Below are positions 16,552 to 28,020 of a DNA stretch of 64,000 nucleotides, piece by piece; within the stretch, counting starts at the first letter, position 1, and the number at the start of each line of letters is the position of its first letter. The notes under the pieces were generated by a model. The model saw only the letters and a list, made by a program, of their open reading frames with translations, was not told where the DNA came from and did no database searches. Location of the stretch: contig CM082593.2 in the NCBI GenBank assembly GCA_040954595.2, positions 186,001 to 250,000 on the forward strand, read 5' to 3'. A program made the position numbers and the translations under genes. This DNA comes from Balanoglossus misakiensis. Lineage: Eukaryota; Animalia; Hemichordata.

Positions 16552-18083
16552 TCAGTTCCAAGAATTACCATTACTTTCCGCGATAATGCAGCAAGCCAGT
16601 CTAGTGCTGTTGTATTTCATTTCGATATCACTTTGACCATTTCCATGTATCTGCGAGTTTAATAAATATTCAAATAAACTTTTGTTGAAGTTTTCCGAAA
16701 CCGTTTATGAAATTAGTCATAAAGTTTGAATTTACCAGAATATGGTAGTTTTTAACACCAGGTACCAGTTTTCAAAATTCATGAAATGAAGGGGTGAAAA
16801 AAAAAATACTTTCTCTGACTTATTGTGCCGAAAGTCTGATAGGCGCACATGCGACGTATTAGATTATTTACACATTTCATGAATTTTTGTTCTTCGTATA
16901 CTTACAACAAGTGATCTGCCAACAATTGATCGCGGTCCTGTCAAACTGATCTCCGACTCTTTGAGATCCAAGTCCACGGTGCCATTTTCATTTGGTTTCA
17001 AGGTAGTAAATGCCCTGCGCATGCGTTCATCAAAAAGAGATACAATTATCAGTAATTTGTTTTGATTGGTTTCTTCATTGAGCAAATCAGAGAGGGGCAA
17101 GTAAAAGTAAACCATTAAAATGAAAATATATCTGAAGCTATGTTCACAAGTCACACAGATGATGCCGGTACGGAAAATGTTCGACAGTAAAATCTCCTTA
17201 TGTTGACTGAGAACGCTTGCAGTTACTTTGAGGGACAGACCATCAACCTGGGAAAGGATTGAACTTGCATGACTGTAACCCAAAGCATCCATCATCTAAA
17301 TCTTCCCTGAACAACCACAAAACTGGGGTCAAATTGTATCATTTTTTATTCTTACCATTTGCCATCATCGACATGGTGAATCACGTGACCGGAATACTCG
17401 CAACTGCCCTCGTAGATGACTCCAAATTCATGAATTGTCAATATGAAGTGGGTGTCCAATGAAATATCAAATCCCTTGAGATTAATTCTTATTTCGACTG
17501 GGAATGGTACAACTGGAAGCAACGGCCGAAGATCCTTAAACATCGAGAAAGACAAAAAATCGCTCATTGTTTACTGACAAACTGTTTGATAGACCTACTT
17601 TTTCAAGGAGCGAAAGTGTTTTAAAATTAGTATTTATAAAATAAAACATCCTAATGTTGTCGTTCAAATAACAGAATAAGTAATGAAACAAAAACTGTTC
17701 AAGAGATCTAATAAACCTACCACTTGTCTCAGCTGAATATTTCCGGTTATATCCGAGGAAACGTCAGCAATTCCTGCCTCTTCATCCACATGAATATTTT
17801 GATGAATATCACAGTAGGTGAAGTGGAACAATCCATCTGAGGAAGAAAGGATTTTCTGAAAGCTTGATGACAGGACAGGGATACATATCTTTCACAAATT
17901 ATTAATTTCAGGGATAATAACATACATTTCGCGTTTTTTTTTTTTTTGCTCTCAATACTTTGTGTAAAAATCGCCTGTAGGACACATCGAAGATCATGAA
18001 ATCTTACCATGTTTTGAAGATAACCCCGAAGAAGAAATTACTATCAACAGGAAGGTGTGAAAGACAAGTAATACGGTGTTCAT
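16552..18083 (-). CDS. Secreted Cu/Zn-SOD-fold (SOD3-like) protein A lacking most metal ligands, ~192 aa
   Basis: Exons 18083-18008, 17836-17721, 17534-17356, 17014-16906, 16650-16552 (579 nt, in frame). Signal peptide MNTVLLVFHTFLLIVISSSGLS. SOD motifs ITGNIQLRQ, LTIHEFG...SCEYSGH, ISLTGPRSIVGRSLVIH and RLACCII...W. Confidence 0.88.
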
Positions 18084-18531
18084 TTTTCGGTGTCTTGGTT
18101 GCTATTTCCTGGACTCAAACGTTGATATTGGTGTCGAGATTGACAAAGATATGAAAAATGCCTCTTGCCGAGTGTCACGCCTTTGAGAATTTGTAAATCC
18201 CATCGATCTGTCCACAAAAACATACTGGTACACGTACCAGTGTGAACACACCTCCCAGTGCAGCCATTGTCTCTTTTTTTTGGGAAGCGATATGCCCTCT
18301 TGGTTTGAAGGGTACCCTCAACATGAACGGCCCACCAGTAAATATCGACCACAATACAATACTGGCTGATATTATGTAGCAGTTTTCACTGTTCCAGTAA
18401 ATTCCAAACTGGCCACCAGCAGAGCACAAACCAGTTGGAATAATTTCAGGGTTACAATCGGAGCAATATTTTGGCTTTTGTACCACAAGGAAGACGCTTT
18501 GGAAGTGTTGTCAGATTGATTTGGACTCACA

Positions 18532-19504
18532 ATGAAACATCTGAATCTGTTAGTCAGTTGTCTGATTTTCGGATACCTCCATCTGGTCGGTGCCACAACA
18601 GGTCATTCTCGTACATATCGCTATGGTTACTGTGAAGTTCGACCAAATATCTTGACAGACGACAATGGCGAAATGGACTCTACTCTCCTGGAGATCGGCG
18701 GAAAGATTCGAATGAGACAAGAGGTGAGACGATTTCAGCTCTCTTGCAGCCGTGACACCATATTTGTTGAGTTTTGACGTATGTCTTGTTTCTTTGGGAC
18801 TTGTTGGGTAGCTACAAATTTAATCAGAAACAGCATGGAATTTAATTCATACAGTGATCAGTCTGATGCCCACTCGTGACTTTTGTCAAAACATGCTTCC
18901 CATAATATTCGCACCTATGTCTTTAATTGTATTTTCAATTTACACAGGTCAAATCCCCTGGTCTTTTGGAAATGAATATAACGATACATGGTCTTGACCC
19001 ATCCTTGAACGATGGTCAGCTATACCTTGCTCCTCATCAATATGGCGACATGAGTAGCGTGTGTGAGTCGCTAGGGGGGGCTAATCGAAATCCAGTTGAC
19101 CGCATCGGTGTGACTGTGGACGAGGACGGCAACTTTGACGCCGAATTGATCAGAGGCGGTTGGAAACTGATCGGTCCACACAACTTGATTGGTCGTTCAT
19201 TTGTGGTAAGTAAGGGGGGCAACCATTACTTAAAGAAAATTGAACTGTCTAGGGTACACCTGAACCGAATCGGAGCCATGTTACCTCAAGGGCGTTCGCC
19301 TTCTTGTTCGAAGATGGATTAGGATCATCTTGGTGTCTTCACAAACAACAGTCACTGTGTTGGTAGTCTCTCGCGGCAAATCGTAACGGCTTTCCTGTCA
19401 TTCTCGGTCTTTTTCAGCTTCATCGATGTGTTACAGGGACGGACGATTGTGAAGAACGTATCTCTTGCTGTATTATTGGACTCGTCGATGATCAGTTCTG
19501 GTAG
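18532..19504 (+). CDS. Secreted Cu/Zn-SOD-fold (SOD3-like) protein B lacking most metal ligands, ~178 aa
   Basis: Exons 18532-18723, 18948-19205, 19418-19504 (537 nt, in frame). Signal peptide MKHLNLLVSCLIFGYLHLVGA. Motifs YCEVRP, IGGKIRMRQ, LAPHQYGDMSSVCESLGG, LIGPHNLIGRSFVLH and RISCCIIG...FW*. Confidence 0.88.
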
Positions 19505-20636
19505 ACAACCATGCAACAGTTCACGTTTAAAATTTGAGTAGCGCATAGTTATTGGTGTCTATTTTAGCGCAAACCTTTATCGGTGATAATTTATTTTCAT
19601 TTGTTTCCGTTTCTTCCTTCAAACGGTAAAAACTTGAATGATTATATTGATTCAGAACTACGACAGACATTGCATGTGCAGTAAATACCTGGCAGATACT
19701 ACGGTGTCTTTCTTATTCCGGGCCAAAGAGATTCAGGCTGCAAGGGTTCCTCTGGCTGTTGCTCTGGTGCTGGTCCGGGTCGTTCTGATGAGTGTCGTGG
19801 AAAAAAACCGGGGAAAAACGTGGGTGAACCAGTAGCACAGGTGCAGGGCATTCTGTAGTACATGACGTCAGAAACGTCCCACCTGTACAGCGGAACGCCA
19901 CCAACGACCACAAGCTCACAAATTACTACACAGTTTATGATGTGCAGAAGATGATCACCCTTTTATGCATACCAGAAGACATTCGGTATTAAAACAGTAT
20001 TTTAATAAAGCCTTTCAAAAATAGAGGTATGTAACGGTTAATTTGTTCGTTTAACTGGAACTAAGAAGTTCACCGTCTCCGACATAAAACAATGAACCTT
20101 AACCAAAACGACGTGCAAAATATTTGTATTTTACTGAATAATAAGGCTGATGGCGTAAATAGAATCGTGGAGTCACGTGGTTTAGCAGAGAGGTAACCTC
20201 AATCGTAAGAAGTCCACTTTTTCTGGTAAAAAAGTATTGAAAATCTGGATAACATTTTAAAAAATAAAATCTTCATCTGTTCTAAAAACAACGTATCACT
20301 GACGTCATAATACGCAATAAATGTTGACACAACCATTATCTATGTCAAGTTACGTCCAAGTACATCCCCTTCCGGGCTGAAATCCGAAGACTCACCGACA
20401 CTGTGTTTCCGCTCGATAAAATGATGTCTGTCTTGCACATCTAATTACAAATCTTGACTTGAGGTATATAGAGTACTGTGTGGTACTAAAATAAAATGAA
20501 GTGTCTTTCATTTTCAGATGTTAGTCTCATGGACTAGCCATCGTACAGGAACTTGCCTTCTGTCAAAACTTATCAACAAGTGAGAAATTCGTGCACATTT
20601 AAACCATTTGTGAAATATAACTTTGCAAACTGAAGA

Positions 20637-23600
20637 CTACTTTAATCCAGAACCATCCTCCGTCACTCCTTCCGTTTCAGTGTCGTCAAATATTTCATCT
20701 GAAAATAAGTGACCCTTATGTTAAAACATTGACTAGAACTGCAAATTCTCTCTTTCAATAACTTGTTGAAGAGACCTCAAAGATGTTGGAAACAAAAATT
20801 TCATCATTGGTACCTACCGCAAGGGGGCGTGCCACGAACACGGGTAGCCTCATACTCTGTACCGTATTTATCGACACACCAACAATAGCCTGTACTACCG
20901 TGACATTGTACTTTGGCGTAGTAACCAGTCTCGTCACAAGCTGGTACGTATGCACCTATAGTTAAAGATGAAGAGAACCTTGATTAACTTGATAAATCAA
21001 TCGATCAATCTCTGACGTCACTGGGGTATACATTTTAATCGGGAAATGAACTATAGGCAATTGTTAACCAACCAAAGTCAAATTCGAACCTGAAGTTTCC
21101 AAAATAAAGTAGATAAGCAAATATTCTGACACAACAACACTGAAATTGTGAAAGAGGCGGTGTGTTCGCTACTGCGCCAATCTACGGCACTGTAAGACAA
21201 TACTTACCAGGCAGAGGTCTAACTTCACCCATAACAAGCATCGTTGGAACGTCTTCTAATTCACTGTAGCAGGGAGGCTTATCATCTGAAAATAAATACA
21301 ATTTACACAAGTAAGCACATTTCCCACAGTGCACCAGTAACAAACATTTGTCACGTGTTCTATACATGCTCCTTTTACTGATCTATAACTTCATGTAAAG
21401 AGAAACAGTCTTTTATCCATAGTCCTTCCACCGCCCCTCCTCATCCTCCACTGACATGACGAAGACAATCTGCCCTGCCTTACCGACACTGTGAAAGCAA
21501 TCACACCACTCAGCGGCAGTGATTTGCATATCCAGATTGGCATCACAACTATCCAGGAATGGAACCATACAAATCTCATACTGATCATCATAGAGAATTC
21601 TGTATTCAGCTGTCGTTAACGCCATATTTCTGTCAAGATCCAAGTTAGTAAACATCCAAGCCGTGGATTCTTTGCATTTCGGAAGCACCTCGACCGCTGC
21701 AGAAGGAAAAGATGGTTTCATACATACTGCGGAATAGTGAACTGATATAAGAACTACATTTGTATTTAAAATTCAGAAGTATGAAAGTTTAAACATACTG
21801 TATAGTGTGACGCTATGTCATACCTGGTCTAGGCTTAGCTTTGTGAGGATTTTTCTTGTACAAATCGTCTTCGTCTTCTTTAAGAAGTCCGAACCATTCC
21901 ACCAGTCGAGTTGGTAAATCTTTCAACTCGTCTGACGTACAGTCTGCAGAAAAAAAACGGCAGATGTAAATCATTGATGCTGCCATTGTGCTTCGGAAAG
22001 GTTAGAACAAATAGTGACCAAATTGAATTGCACTCACCGATAGCTAAAGTGTCTTCATTCAGCAGGGGCTCCGGTGCTTGTACCGGTGCGTCGACCGCAT
22101 TGCCTCCTGGGAGTACGTCGTTCATCAACAGATCCTCTTTGGAGATCTGTGGATCCTTGTGGAATGGGATTTAAGAATGACACGTTAGCTTTATCTGCCC
22201 GCTTGTTAGTTGTGTGTCTGTCAGATTGCCGAGTGTCTGACTATCCGGGCTTTGCCATGTTAATTATATGTATCAGATGCATGTCCTCACCTCGAACTGC
22301 ACATAGTCATAATGCAAAGCCGTGTCTTCGTAATAAACATCGCCATCTTCTATTCCTGTGTGAAATGAAGCACCCATAATTTGCATATTGTTAAAGCGCC
22401 CTCATAAGTCATAGTCAATGCTGTGGAAATGACGTCATCACGTCTTTCCTGCAATGGCCACACTTCGATAACCGACATGACAGTTTTTTAATGGCAGACA
22501 GAACTGTGTACTTCATTCTGTGCAAAATTTTATGCATGTTGGGCATTCTACCCTTTTCCACGACAGAATGTCTAATTGCTGTCTTCACAAGTAACAAGTT
22601 CTGATAGCATTCGAAGCAGAATAATTGGTACAGCGAGATTTCTGAGAACTGTAACTATCATCACACCTTTGCATGGACACCGGCCATCACATTGCTTTGT
22701 TATCTTTTTACCAGTGATGCAAGCTTGACGGTCGAGGTTACACTGATCTGCATACGTGATGCCGTCTGAACCACATACAAAGTATGGATGGAGAACAGGA
22801 CATTTTGGACAGTCCTTCTTTGTGCCTTTCTTCAGCTTACTGTGTTTTTTCTGTCTGTATAATACATAAGTGTTTGTAACTCATTAATCAGATGTATGTA
22901 GCTCATTTTTATAGTAATCTTGTAACCTTTCTATTCTGTTCTGTTCTATTCCGTGCATCATCTACACGGCCTTATTCTACTCCCTATAACACGTTGACAT
23001 TCCAAGTATCCTTTTGACCGTCTCCGCGGGTTTTTCTCATCAAGTGTACAACATTGCCGGGATTTTTGCACTATGGCATTTGATTGTTTCTTTTTCCTGC
23101 GCCTTGTTGCGATGTTATAAAAAGTGTACGTTTACACCAGGAGAAGTGTTTTCTTGGACATAACAAAAAACTCTAAATGTCATAAGTTATGTCCCGACGA
23201 GTAAACGTCTACTTAGTACTATAAATATCCGCCAAACCCATTTTTGAAAAAAAAGTTCCATAAACGATACACTCCGAGCTAGTGGGTGCTACTTAACAGC
23301 AAAATAAACACTGACAGTAACATTTCAATGGTCATGAACAACTGTTTATGCCTTGCCATGGACAACAACCTCCAATAAGACCTTTTGGCATTTGTACACA
23401 TGATAGCTTGTTTTGCATACAATCAAACGAAATCAATATACATTACCCGATTTTAACCTTGTGTTGACTAATGCATACTGCCTCGTTTTCGACCACTTGA
23501 CACCGTTTGCTGTGTCCACACTTGACATTTTGACACAGATCTACAAGCAAATGCAAAGGAGTATCGTGTGAAGGTTCAATGTTTTCCCTGTACACTTATT

Positions 23601-26600
23601 TGAATTGTTTTACAATCAATATTATTATGCGAACACCATATCATACATTTTATGGGTCAATGCTCCTTGTTTGGCACAAGCCTGTGAAGAGTGTTCACAT
23701 GAGTTCAAACCACTTGCATTATTAGTTAATGATAATTTAGGAGTGATGAATTGTAGTACCATGTTTCTTGTTTTTGATTTTTCGGCCATTGTGTTCCTGC
23801 AGATCCTTCCATTCTGGTCTCTGCTGGGAATTAACGTCTTCCTGCAACATCAAAGCAGAAAGAACAACGATGAAGTTGTTTTGGGGGGACATACCCGAAG
23901 TCAATGCTGTCGGGTGGCGGCAGTTCACGATCCCGAGGTGAGAGTTCGTGGTGAATGTTTGCACGCTCCAAACATGGTTTAACACGTAGGTGGTGAAAGC
24001 AAAGCAAAGACAACTTTCTCGCATTGCGTTTCTGAACAGCATCGCCAATTGATGATGTAATGAACTATGTAAAACCAAAGGTGTGTAGCTATGGTTACAG
24101 GAATGTGGTGTGAAAACAAGTCGGGTAGAAACTGCATAAACTTAAGATTGGTCTGTACGCTCTTTGCAATCCATGTGTTCTCTGTTTTCAACGTCACATC
24201 CTTGGGGTATTCTATTTCGATCGGCACCGTGGTCTGATTTCTCGGTATTTTTGGTTTGTTTACGCATTTTTGTGGATTTGTGTGAATTTCCGCCCACAGC
24301 TGTCAACAGCAGTGCAGCGCCAAGTCACGTGATATCTTGGAATACGGTCCTGGTATCTCATAGCTCATTTGAATGTAATTTGACGAACAAGCTGGTCACT
24401 TCCATGGTGTTTTGTTCACGTTCTGTAATGTCTTGCTTAGGTGTTTTAGTTGCGAGTAATTTCAATTCGCGATTTTTCCAAGTCTCACATTTGGAGTTTA
24501 GTAAATACATGTCGTGAAAGTATCTAAATAGAAAACAAAGTGGTCACAAACTTCTTCCAATGGACTATGTTTCGCAGCTTGAAAAAAAGACGTCAATTAA
24601 ACTCATCACGGAAAATACCTTGCTACATATGTGTACGGCTCGCTGCGCGATAACAGTAACAGTTACGTCCGTCAAGAATTTGACGCATTTCTCTGCCCTG
24701 ACTAAGACTGCAAATGTCTATTAACAAGGCTTGAAATAACACGACTCTGCACTTTGCTCTTGGGATGACCGACTTGAAAGTTTTTATTATATGAGGGCCG
24801 AGAGGTCTTGATCGGTCAACCTAGTTAATAATTTAGGCATAGCGCCAACCATTGTACGGACACCACAGCTGTGCAAAGGAGGGAAGAAAACGGGGTGTAT
24901 CGTCGCCAACAATTTATGTATTCTAATTGTAGGTTAACGGAAAGCGTCAACAATATATTTTTGTCTGAATTGATGCTAAGGCACATATGTTAACTTGGTT
25001 ATACTGATAAAGTTTTACTCAGTGGGATCAATTGACCCTTAACCCTTCTTCGATGGCCAGTTTTGCTGGTAAAACCATCGTCACCGTTCGATTCATAGAA
25101 AATTATGAAATGGTTCATGTTACAGTCAGCAATTACCATGTAGAATTCTCGGTAATTAAGAGGTACGCCATCGATCAAAATTATCTTGCTATGAGCTCCA
25201 GCGATGGGCGCATTGCGCATCAGTGGTCAGATAACGTTTTCTATCATCAGCGCAATGAATGGAGTTTTCGAGGCCGACATGCATCACCGCAGACGACCCA
25301 CTTGCCATGTGTGATTCAATTCCATTCAGAACTGCCAGTTGTTGACAAAAATGCCCAGAGCAGCAGCAGCAGCAACATCACCGATGTTCACACGGCTAGA
25401 ACAAGAGGGAGTTGGCTAGTTCCCATTGTTGCCCTGCTTTTCTTAGGTTTAAGCCACGTCTTCACAAACACCAAGTGACCTCTTAATTATCGGAAGTATA
25501 AAACCTGAAAAAGAAGGCAAGGATGAACGCACCTGAACAATGGTTATCTGTTTTTGATGTGGGTGACAGTTAACGGCCTTGTTTATCGTGGTATCAGCAG
25601 GGTGACTCCTCGAGGTCCGTCCCAGGGACTCTACTTAACCACCGCTCTCATTTATAAATGTCGCCGAGATATTTACGCGAAGCTCAGTGACCTGTACGAA
25701 CCCCGAGGATATATTAAACCGCAAGACAGTCTCTCATCAGTAGCGGGTAACAACGCTAGTCGAGTTTTCTCACCAACTTATTCCATTGCGGTCTGGCGTA
25801 AAGCAGAACACTCGATCAAACTTGAATGTTGTGTGAACTATGGTAAATTATTTTATGCATGATCTGGGCCTACTGCAGGGCAACAGACCAGTGATCACAT
25901 ACGCGCAACGATAACTGAGATAGGCAAGCGCTAAATGCTTCAGTTTGGATTTGGGGAGGATTAGTTGGCCAAGTCAACCTATTAGTTGCGCTATTTGCTT
26001 CATTGATAATGTCATCGTCGATATCCCTCGGCAGCCTCGTGATGAAATCTGTGATTTCAGAACTTAGTTAGTTTATGTAATAATTAATTTGAATAAAGAA
26101 AAAAACTTATCGATTACACAGCGACGACTAATGATGATTTCTGGTGTCCGTGCGATCTTAAAATCCACGATTTCAAATGGAAATTATCAGAATGTTATAA
26201 GACTGCCAACAGTCTGAACATTTCTGAGGTTCAGTGTATTTTTGTCTGCTCTAGTTGTGTGCGATTACTGTATTGGAAAACTTGCGCCTGTAGACTACTC
26301 GAACACACTTACGTAATGAAGCATACGTGTGGTTTAACAAGACCTCGGCATATCTGTTACCGTCTGTTACCTAACTACCCACAGATCATCTGCGCGATCT
26401 ATTTATATCGCGAACGCAGAGATGAAACTTACTTTCACGAAAAGATAAATGCTGATTTCACACGATATTAACTTTCATGCTTCATTTGTTCGCCTATAAA
26501 TATCACTCAGATGGACGTCATTTGATTCGGAAGACGCTTTGTGGAAAACTCCAACCAGATTGAATTAGATTTATGTGAAATCTAACTTTTCAGTGTGAGG

Positions 26601-27002
26601 TTTACGTACGCCTACATTAACATTTTTGACAATTGCTAGAAGTCATAAGGTAGCGACGAAATAACCCGAATTAACAGAGATTCCTAAGGCCAGTGCATAT
26701 TTTCTAGAGAAAAAAACATCATTCTGTCCAAGTTATGAGGATATAATACTTAACGCCTTTGATATTTACTGTCTTCTTATCAAATCGATTTGTTTCTTGA
26801 CATGGCTGATCGCAAACGTCAATCACGTATCAACTAGTAAACATCACTGGGCAAATCTATACCGATTATCAGCTAAAGATGTCATCTTACTCACCACAGG
26901 ACTCAAAAGTGTTTTCCATTTTCTCCAGTCCTTCTTGGATTTCTTGGCTTCGCACAGCGTCAGCAGAGAGACGAACAAACAGAGAAAAATTACAAACCTC
27001 AT
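20637..27002 (-). CDS. SPOCK: Testican/SPOCK-family secreted proteoglycan, ~418 aa
   Basis: Exons 27002-26895, 23841-23760, 23540-23447, 22854-22667, 22355-22291, 22146-22038, 21943-21824, 21696-21484, 21285-21208, 20955-20818, 20698-20637 (1257 nt). Domains in order: signal peptide, follistatin-N (DLCQNVKC), Kazal (VCGSDGITY), SPARC EC/EF-hand (RLVEWF, FLDSCD...EWCDCF), thyroglobulin-1 (QCHGSTGYCWCVD) and an acidic tail with EDGSG. The first two exon joins are the least certain. Confidence 0.92.
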
Positions 27003-28020
27003 CTTAGCGGTTGCGTGATTACAGTGAGAGCTTAGGACCACTGCGTGTAGTAGATATAAGTTGAAAACGTGCACACACACTTTGCGCAACTTATAAACTA
27101 ATCCGGGTACTTCTAGAAGAGCGGAGATGGCCCAATCCTATTGGACCACACTGGTAAACAGACGATAATGGAAACCCGCCAAGATGTAATAAGATACATG
27201 ACCATACTGCGCATACGTTTGTCAATCAGTGGCCGGGCTACACGTTGTTATTGGTCTAAATAACGAGATCGTTGACCTGTGACCGTTACTGGATTTCAAT
27301 CAATGCGTTATTGTTGTTACTTTGTTGGTATAAGAAGGCCAACTTTCCCATAGCACCACAACATGGCTAAATCACGTGGGCGGTGGCTGAAACCTTAAAA
27401 AATGACATCACACATTTGACAATTACCTAACACTTTGGTATGGTTAAATGTGCAGGTTGTCATCACCGTTCCATTTAGAAAACTGCTGCAAAACTTTTCC
27501 CTTTTCTTGGAGTGAAAAGGGCAGTACCGGGCGTGCGCTCAATCCATGGACAGCAGCGAAAAGACGAACATATTCTTGCGATTCAAAAGAAGCACTGCCT
27601 TGCTAATTGGATGTTATTTTCCTTTCATGTGAACTTTCACATGTATTTTCTGCTCAACACACGCTGTGTTGTCAGATGTCACAGCAGTGCCGCTTCCAGG
27701 GTCCACCTGACATTTGCGTAATACGATGACGTAATGTTTTGTCACGTGATAGAACTTAAAATGTTTCACGCTTTCTCTCGTTTCGTTCCGCGCATGAACC
27801 AAAGGAAGTAGAAATATTCACTATCCGGGGAAGAATTATCCAAAAGACTATAACATTTTCATACATGGATAGTTTATTTCGGATATACTGAAAACGATAG
27901 AAATAATTTCAGGTATGGTGAAAAAAACAATGAACAACAAATGTTAAAATGGATTCACATCACGAATGAGGTAAGCGCTGTGCTGACTAGTTTTTTTATT
28001 TCTGTTGGTTTGTTCAGAAA

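Noticed and set aside
26433-26451. Possible 19-nt SPOCK micro-exon (HLSFRE) with a GTAAGT donor
   Set aside because: The acceptor is weak and inclusion would break the frame with exon 23841-23760.
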